Shown here in pieces: positions 44,826 to 60,199 of a stretch of DNA of 64,000 nucleotides. The stretch's first letter is position 1; every line of letters starts with the position of its first letter. Under the pieces are notes generated by a model. That model was given only the letters and a program-made list of their open reading frames with translations. It was not told where the DNA came from and searched no databases. The stretch lies in assembly GCF_009914755.1 (NCBI RefSeq), contig NC_060932.1. One strand, 5' to 3'. This DNA comes from the human T2T-CHM13v2.0 reference genome, Homo sapiens. The position numbers and the translations under genes were made by a program.

Positions 44826-45130
44826 CTCTAGAACAATTGGGAAGGGGTCTAGTTTCAGTTTTAGTTTTTATGGCGGCTATTGGCATTTGTCTTTGACAAT
44901 GTCTGCTTGTCATTGAAGCCTTGTGCTTCTATTTTCCCTTTGTGGAGTCATGAAATCTCTGTCAAGCCTCCCAGGCTGTAGTACTTACTGCCTAAACTCT
45001 TCAGGCACACTGGCAATGATTCTTCTTAGAGGTCTTATAAGCCCTGAAAGTGCTGCGTACAGAGGGCAGAGTCCTTCTTGGGAGATCCTGTCCCCAGCAT
45101 TTGGGGACTCAGTTCTTTCTGAGCTCACAT

Positions 45131-45446
45131 CTTTTATTTATTTATTTATATTTATTTTTTTATTGAGATGGAATGTTGCCCTTGTCACCCAGGCTGGAGT
45201 GCAATGGCACAATCTTGGCTCACTGCAACCTCAGCCTTCCAGGTTCAAGCTATTATCCTGCCTCAGCCCTCTCAAATAGCTGGGATTATAGGTGTCCGCC
45301 ACCAGGCCCAGCTAATTTTTGTGTTTTTATAGAGACAGGGTTTCACCATGTTGGCTAGGTTGGTTTGAACTCCTGGCCTCTGGTGATCCGCCGGCCTCAG
45401 CCTCCCAAATTTTTGGGATTACAGGCTTGAGCCACTGGGCCCAGCC
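45131..45446 (-). mobile_element. Alu
   Basis: Reverse-complement Alu; TSD ctca(c/g)atctttt. Confidence 0.96.
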
Positions 45447-45676
45447 AAACTCAGATCTTTTCTATCTCCTTCAATTCTACAGCTTTCTTTATCTTAGAAA
45501 ATCTCAAACAATGGTATTATGAAACTAACTTTGAGAACAATCCTTAATTATCTTAGAAAAGTAGAACCTCATGTCCAGGATACAAAACCCTGGTTTTCTT
45601 GCTAATACCTCATTGGAAACACTGTAATCTATGTATCCATTTACTCCTTTTTCTCTTTTTAATTGCTTTTCTCTAA

Positions 45677-46013
<337 letters not shown>

Positions 46014-46107
46014 CAATTTGTTTTCTTTATTCTGTCTTCCCTTCTATTTCTTCTTCAAAACAGCAGTTATTGACACAGAAAATTTAGGAAAATGAATAGA
46101 AATCTCA

Positions 46108-46418
<311 letters not shown>

Positions 46419-47845
46419 ATGGAAAACTCATCAATCCTACATCTCTGTTAATTCGAGGAATGTTAAGGCAGAGATTGGAAGTTACACTCATTTTCCCAGG
46501 AGGACAAAATGTGTTTATATGGGACCCCAAAACCATTTATTTCAAAGTACAAAATGTAATGTTTGAAAATTTTACAATGCCAATAAAATTGCCTGCTTCT
46601 TCTTTTCTTCCTTTCAAGTTCTTTTCATTTCTTTTCTTCAGCTGGCAGCAAGCATTGTCTGAACCTTGAAGTCAAGAGCTTTGGCTTATCTCCAAGGGCG
46701 AGGGAGCAGGCTAAGGAGAGCAATTCACAGCTTAGTGAAAGTATTTTGCCATAGGAGGGAGAGCTACTATCATTTCTTGGAACATTAAAAAAAATAACTT
46801 TTGAATCAACCTGAAGGTTGAGGCAGGATTAAGAATCATCCATAAATTTGAGGTGGAAAAGTTCTTGGCAGAGTTTTACAAGGCTGGAAAATCACTAGTT
46901 TCTCTCTTCTTTATCCACAAAAGGTCAGTAAGCTTATTTAGCCTTTGGATAATATACTCACCACTTTCTCAGCAGTATCCTATATCTGACCATGTTCCAG
47001 GCCACTCTTTCTGCACTAGCTTCCACCTGCCACCTCCCCAAAGACCTCTGGAGATCATTGATGAGGTTATGCGGACTGCCCTCTGGCTCTCTTCTCTCCC
47101 TCCAAACCAGACTGTGGGTACTCAGACATTCTTTCTAGTTACCGAGAGGGCCCCACGGCTGTGGGTGAATGTTTCAGGCCTAATGTTCCTTTCCCAAAGG
47201 TGATTCCTGGTAAAGAAGCCAATTCTCCATGTTGGGTGAAGAAGGTTATGGGCTCTGACCAGGCTCTACTCCATATTTCACAAATGCTCAGCCATTTGAA
47301 GTGCACTGCATCAGGGAAAATGCCTCGTAGCTTACCTTCCACAGTCTTCCTTTCATTCAGCTCGTTTGGATCCTTCTTTGGCAGTAATCTGGTATACCTC
47401 ATGGAAAAACCATAGGTATTTCAACCTTGCTGTGACATCTACTTTGAACTGTGTTCCTCCAATTATGTGAATCTGGCTTTACTGGAGTCCCTAAACTTCT
47501 CACTACCCTGATCAGTGCTAGAAGGTAACCCTCAGAAGGACAGCTTGATGTATATCCCCATGGGCCATTCTTAAAGTTATTTATGCTGATCTTGATTGAT
47601 GCTGAACAGCCTGCCCAAACTGCAACCCAATTTACACCCAAATTCACGAGCCAATAGTATTCCAGATGATGTTGCCGTATGTAATAGCATTTTAAGTTAA
47701 CCCATACTATACTTAGATGTGTAAAAAATGTAGCTACTTAACAATTTTTGGTAAGATATTCCAGGTATATTGGAATAAACGTGTAAATGTTAACATAATA
47801 AATATCACCAAACTTAAGAAATGAAATAACTTTAATTCTTAAAAA

Positions 47846-48031
47846 CAAAAACAAATACAACAACAACAAAAATGGGAAACTCATCAATCCTACATCTCTG
47901 TTGATTCAGAAGAGTGTTAGGCAGAGATTGGAAGTTACACCCATTTTCCCAAGAGGAAAAAATGTGTTTATATGGGACCCCAAAACCATCAGTTGCAAAG
48001 TACAAAATGTAATGTTTGAAAATTTTGCAAT
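47846..48031 (+). repeat. 186-bp local duplication of 46393-46578
   Basis: ~92% identity; starts in the Alu tail sequence caaaaacaaatacaacaacaac. Confidence 0.95.
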
Positions 48032-48169
48032 TTTCAAACCCGTTCTCTGTGGCCCATGCACTTGGTCCCATTTTATTGTTCTCTCTGTTCTCATAGGTTA
48101 CCACTTATTCTGAATTTTGGCTTTATCATTCTACATATTTCTTTATTGTTTTACTTTGTTTTTATACAG

Positions 48170-48425
48170 TTTGAGAGGCAGTTGTGCATAGTAGTTGAAA
48201 GCATACACTCTGGAACCAGACAACCTAGGTCTATGTCCTGGGAATCCCATTTTCTAGCTGTGTGTCCTCTAGAAGTTATTTAATTTCTTTATATATACTT
48301 TGGTCTTTTAAAAAATCTGTAAAATGGGGATAATAATGGTACTGACCTCTTAAGGTTATGAAGAGTAACTACTTGAATACACATAAAATCTTAGAATAGT
48401 ACCTAGAAGCTCCATATTAAATGTC
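48170..48425 (+). mobile_element. MIR
   Basis: Core ctgtaaaatggggataataatggtac. Confidence 0.85.
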
Positions 48426-49752
48426 TACAATCATTGTTATCTTAAATCCATACTTTTGCATGTTTTTAAATTTCATATAAATGATATCATAGGTATCCTT
48501 TTGCAACTTCCATTATTTGCTTAATATTATGTTTGTGACATTCATCCATGTTGATATACATAACTTTCTTTTATGGTAAGTCTTTCATAGTGTGATTTTA
48601 CCTAAATTTATTTATCCGTTCTCCTGTTGAAGGACATCTGGATCATTCTGTTATTTTTGTAATAATAAAGAATCCTACTATGAGTGCATTTTATACTCAG
48701 GAACAAGATTTGTTCTAAGGCTTGTACATAAAAATAGAATTTGTGAGTCTTGTTTTGTTTGCTTATTAAATAATGAATACATTTATTCCCAGTCTAACCT
48801 CCCCAGCTCCATCCTTTCCTATAATAATCACTCTATATAGAGGAGAAACTTAGCTTGTTGAATCAATGTAACCTAGTCTCCTTTGATTGAAATGGTCTTT
48901 TGAATGACTGTTATCTTACGTAGATGGTAAGTTTTCACATTTCCCCTCTTTCCCCTGTGCCTTGCTAAGGTGGCATCTAGGGCCTAATGATCTTGTGACA
49001 GTGTGGGGAGGTGGGAAGGTCCAGAACCTTTCATCCTGCTATTGGGCCTTGTCGACTGCTGGGCCTTCTCTGAGGGCTGCATTCACTACTGGATATTGTG
49101 GTTTCAGTTGGTCATGAAGTCATTATGTGTTGAAGCTGTTTTAACCTAATTTCAAACCTCTCTTGCTTTCCCAGCACTTTAGGTAACTGTGCAGGTCCTA
49201 TCCTGCAATTGAGACAGAGGGAGAATTTTGGGCTTTTGTAGGAACTGGCTAGGCTATGAAAGAGCCATGGGCACCACCTCCAGCTCCTATAACTATTCCT
49301 TCCCACTGCCGTAATATTGCTCCTGCACCAGATGGCTATGGCTAAACGTGGGGATTCTCCTGCCACTCCCTCCCCATAGGCACACAAGCTAGACTTGGAG
49401 GTGTGCCATGGACTCACCCGTTGCTCTCTGGCTTCTTCAAACTCTCTGGATGTTTTTATTATGCTTCTCCTTGGGGTTCCATCCCAAGAGAGGGACAATA
49501 CTTGATTTTTCAACTTTGTCTTTTTCTGTTATACAGGACATTCACGTGGTCTTGATTCCTATCCTTTTCCTCTTTGGAAAGGAGTTCCCTTATGGCCTGT
49601 CTTCCTTCAACGTGAGATGCACGTGCCTAGTCTGGTTTCCTTCAGCCAAAGTAGCTGGCAGGATATGGGGAGCAAGAAATCAGTTTAAGGTTAAGAGCAC
49701 AAACATGAGTTAGTCACAACATTGAACCTGCAGCGCAAATGCCAGAACATAC

Positions 49753-50044
<292 letters not shown>

Positions 50045-51443
50045 CAGAATATACCTTTTAACAAGTGTGAGGGTACTGCTGATGACGAGCAACTTAAACC
50101 TGGATTCTGATGGAAAATCAAAATATGTGGTTGGCGTCAATCTTATTTATTGTGGGACAGACAGAAACTATTTGAAAGAGAACTGCTGGGGCCAGAAATC
50201 TGAATTCATTGGGTAATTATTATGTACAACAAGGAGTGCATCTAGCAGGCAGACATGTTCCAACCACAGGTGCTTGTGCTGTGGAGCACAGCATAAGATC
50301 AGCAGAGATGATGGAATGGTGGGCATCATGCCATCCGAGGATGCTAGAGGCAGTCAAATGCATGGCGGAGCAAAGGCACAAGTTCTGTCCACATGACCAG
50401 CAGAGAGGGTGTGTCTTCATGATGCCCCCACAGGATCTGTCACCACTGAACGTGGATGGCAGTGCTGCTTCAGTCAGAACTCTGCTATGATCTCTCTACT
50501 GATGATTTATGTGCCTCTCAGGATAAGATATTTCATAGCTTTTGCCTCATAACAATAAGCTAAAAGAATTGAAGGATCAGGAGAAGTCAAGGTGATCATT
50601 TCAGATGGTCATTACCTTGCTCATAAAAATCTCTATAAATTGCCAATATTATGATAGGCTAGTTGGTTTAAGCAATGGTCTCATTTCAGGGGTGCCCAGG
50701 GTGAAGGGCTGTATAAACTCTCTCTTTCATACCCATATATGGCTGCTCTCACAGAATATTGATGAATTAATTCAGGTAGGGAATATGAGAAGGACATTCA
50801 AAGAATTCCATGGCAGAAGCAATTTCTCAAGAAGAGAAGCAGAAAGCTTATTTAGGAAGCTGTTTGGTTTTTGTGAAAATTCCCTTTTAAGATATTAGTT
50901 ATGGGAAGAGGAGTTGGGATCTAATGTTCGGGAATAAAAGAGTCTAGCTGCTTGCAGAAAAGTTTCAGGTTAATTAAAGATTCAATATTTTCACCTCTGA
51001 GTGCAGGGTAATGTTAGCTAACCAAGTGGCAATTTCATAGACCTGGCTTAATGATTTGATGATGAGCCATCCTGGGGTTTTTTTAACCAGTTATGAGATG
51101 ACAGAGAGGGGAAATAAAGTGAGCTGGAAGGGAAGAAAACAAAGATTGACTTTCTGAAAGACATTTTAACTCATTTTCACTCTCTAATAAGATTGTATGA
51201 ATTTCTTGAAATGGGAAGATACTGGGAAAAGTCTTATAAAAAGTTTATGTGTATATATACATACAGATATATCTATGTAAATAGGCAAAATACAAAGGAA
51301 TAAATCAAAGAATGAAATAAATTAAAACAGACTACTAAAACATGTTTGAATAAATTTAAAAGGGCAAGGAAGGATGAAAAGAGAAACAAAAATTATTGAA
51401 GACAGAAAGCAAAATAATAGAACGGTAGACCTAAATCCAAACA

Positions 51444-51445
<2 letters not shown>

Positions 51446-51494
<49 letters not shown>
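51446..51494. repeat. (CA)n microsatellite
   Basis: ~24 perfect units. Confidence 0.98.
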
Positions 51495-51496
<2 letters not shown>

Positions 51497-54400
51497 GTGG
51501 TTTTCTGCATTAATATGACAAGTAGTTTGGCCACGTTTCTTAACCTGTTAGTGTTCCATTTCCGTACTTATAAAGCCGAGTTTGTAGCCAGCTCTTTATC
51601 TTGCTGAAGGGTTAGGAGGATTAATGGAGTCTTACGTTGGTTCTGAGTATCACCCTCTGAAAGTGCAGCACCAAATTCCACTTTCCATACCACACCATAA
51701 AAATCTACTAAATGAAAATGAGTGGATAAGGAATGCTGCATTTCCGTTCTCTGGCATTCTCACACTTCACCCATGACATTTAGCTCCAATACTGCAGATC
51801 CTCTTCTTCGCCTTAACTCTCTTCTGATTTCTGAGAATTAAGTCGGACTTCAGAATTGGCAACTGAGATGTATTCTACTAGTTGGTGTTGACAGATTTTT
51901 ATTATATTGAGACTAGAAATTTTTTTTAGCAGCATGCATGTGAAAGTGCAGGCAAGACAGGGAAGAAAAAGAATGTGCTGGCGTGTTAGACAGTAATGCA
52001 TACCCTGGAACACCGAGTGTGCAGAAACGAGAGGACGCAGGAGTAAGATTGCACAGATCTTACTCCTGTGAGATACAGGTCTCCAGTGAGAAATCCTAAT
52101 CCCTGTGATTACCATCAGTAGGAGTAAGACAAATGACCTTTAAAAAGGAGAGGTAGCTTGAAATTTCCCTTTGTTTTGCTATGAGTTCCCTGCTGGTCCT
52201 TTATCAGTTTTCTTTCCCTGGGTCTGGAAGGTTCAGGGCTGATTGTTTTCAGCAGACAGCTGAGTTCTCTCCAGCTCTACTCTCCACAATGGTACTAAAG
52301 GGCTACACTTATTAGCAGCAGGTCCTTTCTAGGGAAGAGCTACGTAATTTTTAAGGGGACCTAAAATAATTTAGTTCAGAAAAATACCATTATGATCGGC
52401 CAGCTCAAAAAAGTGCTGCTGAGCTGACTATAATTCATCTGCCTCCTTTAACAGCTACCATTTAAGTTGCATTTGAACACTGAAAACAAATAGGCTTTCA
52501 TTGTATGTCTGAAATCTTTAATATAGCTTCAAAGTTCCAGAGGAAAATACTGCATTGCAGCTCTCCTGTTTTTGCAGCGAATCTCTGTTGGCATGTGGCT
52601 GCAGAGGAGGGGCCACCACAAAAGCCTCCTGTTTTCAGCTCAACTCAGCAGATCCCTCAGCTCCAGACTATAATGAAAGAAGTGTCCTCAGCTTGCCCGG
52701 GGCAAAGGAGGCTGGGGAGGGAAGGCTACATACACAGGTACTAATTGAACAGATTTGGTTATCTTTTTTATTTATTTTTTAAAAATTATTGAATATTTAT
52801 CAGGCAATACACTTTTTTCAAGTAGCCAGACATTTTTCTTTTTGAATTCTAGAGAACTTATGAAGCAGATTCAAGATACCCAATATATTCTGGCCATTCT
52901 TACAGGTCTTGCTTAACTTTAACAACAGCAGATGTACATTCTGGGTCTTGGCTATCAGCAGTCTGGCCAGAGAAAGGCCCACTGCAAACTGAGCAAAATT
53001 TGGTGAAAGATTTAGAAGATTCATTCATTCATTCATTCACTCATGTATGCATGCATTCTCCATGCATTAATCGAATATTTCTACCATATTCTGGGCACTG
53101 GAAATGCAGAGATAAACAAGACCTAAATCGTCAACTTCAAAAGTTGCTTTTTAACCCATGCCAAATAGCAGTTTTCAAGAGTGTCTGGATGTCCCCTCAA
53201 TCTCCTTTCTTTGTTTGCACACTAGGACCTGGGGCTGGCTCCACTGCAGTGTCCTTTAGTCCAATCAGAGCAGTTTCATGCCACTTTTCTTTAAGACTTT
53301 GCTGCTAAATTTCATTTGTTGAGGAGTGGAGCACACGTGGGACATACAAACATCAGTTATGCCAAGAATGACTCGTGCTTTAGGTAATATTATATCTCCT
53401 TTTACAGATGCAGACAGATGAGGTAAAGTGACTTGCCAAAGCTCATTCAGCTAGTGAGTGATAGAGCAGATTCCGACTCAGAGTCCTCACCTGCTGCACC
53501 TCCTGTCTCCAAGGTGATCTAATATGAGCTTGCTTTGGCATAGAGTGCAACCAAACCAGCAACTCCTGGGACTCTTAAATACAAATCTGAGGCCTATTAG
53601 AATGGCTTTGACCTCACTTAAAAAAATTTCTTCAGTCTTTCTGTAGCAGTAATTTAGGCTCACAGGATGCTTATTTCTACTAAAGTACTATTAATAGTTT
53701 GCCAAAAGTTTGCCTTTTCTATCTCTTTTCCTCCCTTCAGTGAATTAATTGTGTTATCAGCTGCCCTTATTACAGTGTTGTCTATTTAAAGCAGTTATGA
53801 TGGTTTCCTCCTGAAATGCAACCATCAAAAATTCTGCTTTAGTAACCCAGAGCATTTTCCCTTTAAAGGTATAAAGAGAATTATAAAAAAATTTACTGTA
53901 TGAGACTTGTGCTTTTTCATAACAACATGAAGCTTCTAAAAAAATCTTGCCTCAATTTTTAACAGAGAAGCCTTGTCTATTACTCCAAAAGCAGGTCTGT
54001 TTGAGAAAATGTTTTGCAGCTGAGAGCAGTTTGAAAGAGGCTCTTGGTGAGCTTTTGTTCTTGCCTGTTTAACAGCTTAAGGTTTAGAGAAGCCCATTTG
54101 AGTTCACCTTTTGCATTTGAGTCCAAAAACTGAATCCATTAAAGGGCTCTCTTGAGCCTGCAGTGAATTTCAGAGCTCCTAGGAGGACGCTCCAGGCTCA
54201 CTTAACCGGTTTGAAATTGCATGGCCTCGGGCTCCACTGTCTATTTGGAGGAGGATAGGAGTCAGGGAATTAGTTCAAAAGCTGCAACCACTTTTTTCCT
54301 TTTGTCTCTAATGTCTGTTGTTCAGCATTGGTTCCGCACCATTTGCAATATTTTAAGAACCATTCCAGAGCACCTAAGTCATAGCAGTTAGAATTAATAT

Positions 54401-54658
54401 TGTTCTATCACCTTTTCCATTACTTTTCATATTTGCACCTATGTCATCCATATGCGTTTGGTTTGGAAACTTGGAGGATGAAAAAAATAATGCAGACTTT
54501 CTCTCCAGTCCCAGATGGAATTTTCATTTGTTTTTGTTTGTGGTTTTTGGTATGTGTGTGTGCATGTGTGTGTGAGAGAGACAGAGCGAGAGAGAACATA
54601 GGGAACAGAGGGAGGACTTTGATCTCTGACAGCCAGATCATGCAGAGAATGAACATAT

Positions 54659-56018
54659 TGAAACTGTCTTTGCAAAAATTATAACAGTGAGAAAATTATG
54701 ACAGTGAAAGAGATCTGACCTAGCTTCTTGCTTCTAAACCTCAAGCTGTCCTTGTTCATTCCTGGGCACAGGTGAACTAACTTTGGGAAGAATTTAGTAT
54801 ATAGTTTAACTTTGAAACAAAGATGATAACAGCCCTATCCCAAAACAAACCCCCTTCTTTCCCAGGGACCAGTCGGCCTTTGTGGGGCTAGCAAATTAGC
54901 TACAAGATTAGAAATTATATCTGAGGAGTCATGCAGCCAGAAGGTGCAAGATTCTGAACCTTCCCAAATTGCTCCTGGGATTACTGTTGCAAAATCTAAG
55001 ATCAGTGCTTGAGATGTTTTGCAGATTCTGTATTCCCATGCACCAGCTGATGCCACCCGGACCTGTAACTGGCTCAATAAATTCTGCAATCCTACCCAGG
55101 AACAGAAGACAGCAAGGAAAACCCGTTGAACCCCTGTGATTTATTCTTTGACCCAAACAATTGGCACTCCCTACTTCCCAACTCCCTATCTACCAAATTA
55201 TCCTTAAAAACACCCGATTCCTGAATTATCAGGGATACTAATTTGAGTAGTAATCAAACTCCAGTCTTCGGTACAGCCAGCTCTGCATGAATTAAAGTCT
55301 GAAGCAGTGCCATTGTCTGGGGTAATACCCGAGATTCGTTGCCTCATGCCAAGGAAATTAAGGACACAGACACACGTGGAGTGAGGTTAACAGCAGAGGC
55401 TTAATAGGCGAAGGAAAGAGGAAAGGGAATAACTGCCTTGCAGAGAGAGAGGGGCACCGAAGTGGGTCTTCCGGCTGGTGGTGGAGTGCACAGGGTTTTA
55501 TAGACAGGCTTGAGAAGGCAGTGTCTGATTTACATAGGGCCCAAATATTGGTTGGACCAGGTGTGACATTTACATAGCATGTGGGGAAGCTGGCCTGCCA
55601 CACCCTAATCTTATCATGCAAATGGGGTCTTTGCCTGACAACACTATGTTGTCTGCTCCCTACTGCACACTGAGTGGCAAGAAAAAGGGAAGATGGAGCC
55701 TCCATGTTGGACATGCCTAGCCCCCAGATAGCCTTTTCTTATTAGTACAGCTGCCAGCATTCACCTGTGCAAGTTTCCAGCTTGCTTGTCTATGTCTGGA
55801 GCTTGATTTTCCAGGCTGCTCTTTGTTAGAAAAGGAAATGATTTTGAGGCTGCTTTTCTTTAAAAGAAAAACCTTACTGAGGACTTTGTTACCCTCACTA
55901 TCTGCCTAAATAATTTCTTTTTAACTCCTATATCAACTCTTTCTCTGTTGCAATTCCCCTGTCTTGATAAATCAGCTCTGTCTAGGCAGCAGGTAAGGAG
56001 AACCTTTGGGCAGTTATA
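54659..56018 (+). mobile_element. LTR8-like solo LTR, split by a nested LTR
   Basis: tgaaactgtctttgcaaaaattat...gacagtgaaagagatctgacc; 4-bp TSD atat/atat. Confidence 0.88.
55300..55935 (-). mobile_element. ERV1 solo LTR (LTR9-like) nested in LTR8
   Basis: Minus strand tgatataggagttaaaaagaaattatttaggcagatag...gcttca; TSD agtc/actc. Confidence 0.82.
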
Positions 56019-56534
56019 ATATTCTTAGCAGAAAGACAGGGAGGTAGGAAATAGGATATGCCCATGGAGGATCATGCCTGTAGTTGCCTAACTGCTCAGA
56101 AGCTATTTTTCCCCAAATGAATTCACAGGCTACATATATATCATACCTGCCGCATTAAGCAGAGCTGGACCACCTGAGCTTAGGATCTAGTCTAAACAGA
56201 TATGGAAGGGGGCTGCTCATACTAAAACTCTGTGATTACATTTTAAGTCTTGAAGTGAAATAATAACTACTCTATTCAGTCGATACGACAAGATCAGATG
56301 GGAAGAGGTGGCCTAGGAAGCAACTGATACCATGGTCCTGGGGCTGAAGTGTGGAACCCCGTAGAAGAAGACAAGAGGGCAGGTGGCTGAAGACACTGGT
56401 TGTCTTGACAGTGATTGCAGAACACTACTCCAGAAATGCTGCCTGGGCTCCCACTGTGTGCCATGGAAAACAGTATGACTTTGGTTAAATTACTCAACTC
56501 CTCAGCCTCAGAATCCTCATTTATGAGATAGTAA

Positions 56535-57125
56535 TGTTTGAAATGCTTGTTCCCTGGTGCCACAAAGAAATAGCACTTGAATATAAATTTAATTTACTCA
56601 GCAAGGCGATTTTTACTTCCTGCAGAAAGGGTACACTTGCCAGCAGTTTTGCTGCAAGAGTACACCTAACAAAGGAGACAGAGTCATTTATAATCTGACA
56701 AGTCCACCTACTGCTGTGTCTTGTTTCCATTGGCTGGAATGGGACCTCACATTCTGTATTTGTCCCGACTGACTAGCAACTTAGAACTTTTTAAAAGAGG
56801 CAAAGGTAGAGGAGAACAAAGGAAGGAGGAAGTAACTTGTGGAATGCTGAGAAAGGTAAAAACACCTTTAAATAAGGAAGAGGAACAGGCTATGACCTAA
56901 CGTTTGCTTGGACCAGTATAAGCATGCCAGGGCAAATATTGTGGGAGCTAAATTGTGGGAGCTAAGAACACAAAGTACATTGATTTCTTTATCACGGCTA
57001 GCAGATACTTAAGAATGTTAGCACAGGTCTTTGAATAAATTTTGCTTCTAAGAGAAGTTACTATTTATTCCTTATTAAGTGGGGAGGAAAGTCTTTGAAG
57101 AGGAATCTCTACTTTATTTTTTACA
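56535..57125 (-). mobile_element. LTR10A-like (HERV-I) solo LTR inserted in a MIR
   Basis: Minus strand tgtaaaaaataaagtagagattcctcttcaaagactttcctcccc; perfect TSD gtaa/gtaa. Confidence 0.9.
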
Positions 57126-57281
57126 GTAATAATAATAATGAGGCCTAGTTTTTAAGTTTTTGTGAAAGAATTATTTAAGGAATAAGTTTCAGGTGCTTGG
57201 CACGGTGATTGGTAGAGAGTGTGTATTCAAAAATGTTGAATATTAATTAGATTATTGTTATTTTTCAGTGACTAAATATGG

Positions 57282-57690
57282 CAGAGGCTGGCTAGTTTTT
57301 TTTTCAATTCCATTTTTCTTTCCTCCTGAGCACATAGCTACTACACACACCCAGCCTTCATTGTAACAGGTGAGCCCATTGAAATGGGCTACAGGAAATG
57401 GAGTGTGGGCAGAAGTGAGGACACCACCTCCAGGACTGGCCTATGAAAGCCTCATGGGCAATCTTCATGATCTGTTTCTCTCTTCCTCCATGTACTGGAT
57501 GCCATGATACAGTAGAGGACCCCAGTGTATCAAGGGATAGTGGAACAACAAGTTGGAGGGAGCCTGGGTCCCTGGATGACTATGTGGATGTGAGCACCTT
57601 TTGCTTTCTATCTCTGCCACCAACTGGACTTGAGCTATGTGAAGCTACTGAGATTTCTGAATTAATGTGTCAATAGTTAGGGACTTTTGC
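57282..57690 (+). mobile_element. Ancient MLT1-like LTR
   Basis: gcagaagtgaggacaccacctccaggactggcc ... ggagcctgggtccctggatgac. Confidence 0.65.
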
Positions 57691-58114
57691 CTTATGACAC
57701 AGGATATGGTAATAACCTGAATATCCATGTTTAAAAATGTTTTTATATTAATTAAATAAAATTGGCTATGAATTAATAAATAAATACATAGTGAAGTGGA
57801 TGGGAAAGAAATGACGTGGTATCAGATGTAAATAATCAGCATCAGGACTAATGTAGGACTAGGACAGACACTAGCCACATTAGGAGCTTTTTAAAAAGCT
57901 GAATCCTTAGGTGAACCATGCTGGTACATGTTGGTGGCACAAGTATGTGCTCTGTAGGCAACACTGTAATGGGTCATTCTTTCTCCTGGAGTGTATAAGT
58001 CAGTCTTTTACTAGCACCAAGTGCAAAACTGAAAGGTATGGGCTCCTTTTAAAATGCCTTCTGTATGTTACTCCTCTTATAAACTAGATTCAACAAAAGA
58101 AAAAAATAAAACAC

Positions 58115-58707
58115 TGAAGGAAATCTAAATATTTTACCCCAAAATATGGTTCCTTGGCATAATGAGTATTGTGAATTAAAAACCCTTAGAGATCAACAAG
58201 CCCTGGAAGAAACTTTCCTTCTGTGTACATAAAGATAGGACTGACCCACCAAGGAGAACAATTGTTCCTGTTCCCCTCCTTGTTATCTCATTATCCATTA
58301 TAGGAAAGATTTCAGACCAAAAATGTAACCACAGCTGAACAGACCCTTTTTCAAGATAATGACCGTCTCCAAGGATCATTTAAATTCCAAAGAGAGCTAT
58401 TTACAAGTTAATTTCTGTTCTGTGATCCAATCATTCTCCCTAGTAATCATTTATTGCCTCTCAGCTGAACTCCTCTTCTTCCCCTTCTCATACCTGTTTA
58501 AACAGGACCCAAACCCCCACTCCTTCTATAACCTGAAGATGGTATATAAGCTTTTGTACCTCACTGGGCGGTTGGGTCTTCATTCTGAAGACTCCTGTGT
58601 ATGCATGCTATGTAAGTTTGTATGCCTTTTCTCCTATTAATCAATCTGCTTCACCTCAGTGATTTTTCAGTGAAATTTTAGCCCTCAAAATCCTTGGTCC
58701 CCATAAC
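58115..58707 (+). mobile_element. MER39/MER34-like solo LTR
   Basis: tgaaggaaatctaaaatattttaccccaaaatat ... tttgtatgccttttctcctattaatc ... ccccataaca. Confidence 0.8.
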
Positions 58708-59791
58708 ACCTTACCCCTTGCTCCCCATCAATGCTAAAGCTAATATTTTGCCTGCCTGGCCTAAGACTTAGCATAATATTCTTTAATCACACAAGTGGAT
58801 TAATTATCAGAAGAAGAAATCAAGGACGAAATGAGTAGGAAGCTAAGTCAGCATGTGGAAAGTTTGGCCATTCAGAGCACTTGATTAGTATGCTGGTGTC
58901 CATGGTTAAAGGAATTATTCTGCCCTTCTCTCCTTGGCCTTCAGTGCTTGATGCATGTGGTTAAATGGAATTCAGGGCACCAAAACTTCCAAGCAAGAAA
59001 TGAGACAGCTGAAAGACAAGGGTTTGAAAGTAGAAAGGGAAAAGAAATTTAATCCTTTAAACAGAGCTTGAATGTGTGAAGAGTAGAAAGGGTGCTGGGG
59101 AAAGGAGCAGCTTGTTATTCTCCAATCCTCATAGCACCTGAGCTCTAGTTAGGAATTTGAACAAGGCACTCTGAGGCTTCTCTTCCCAGCAACCTCAGGT
59201 CACTTACGTAACTCAAGAGTTTTCAGATTCAAAAGTGTCTGATTTCTATATTGTTACCAGCATGACTCAAGCTCTTCACTGTCTTTAATGGGCATTTTAA
59301 GCACCTTAATTTATTTCCAACCATCAAAATTGTTTTCAAACCTCTTGTTTAGTTCAGAGATTCCTCTCCCACTTAAAATCTGCTTCAGATTGAAGGACAG
59401 AGAAGTAACATTGGTTAGCTCGAGTCTTATGCTCTCGGGGAGTGAGTCTGAGCTGTGGTGATGGAGAATCTATGTTTGTGGCTGTGGTTGGGATTCCTTA
59501 GTTTATATACTCAGTGTTTGGAAAGGCAGTAAGGGCTCTATGTTAGTGGTCAGACTTACAATTATTTCTGAAACCAAGTGAATGGAGGCTTGAAATAGGA
59601 AATTAGATCCAACGCACGTAATCTAGCCTTAAAGAGACGGTTTTTCAACTGAGCTCTGTAAGTTAATTCTAATTTCTTAGGTTCCTCTCATATTTTCTTG
59701 GCTGAATTTTTTTATTGCTTTATCTTTTCATTCATGTATCCATCCATCCATCCATCCACCCACGCACCCATCTAGTTAATGACTTCACTGA

Positions 59792-60199
<408 letters not shown>

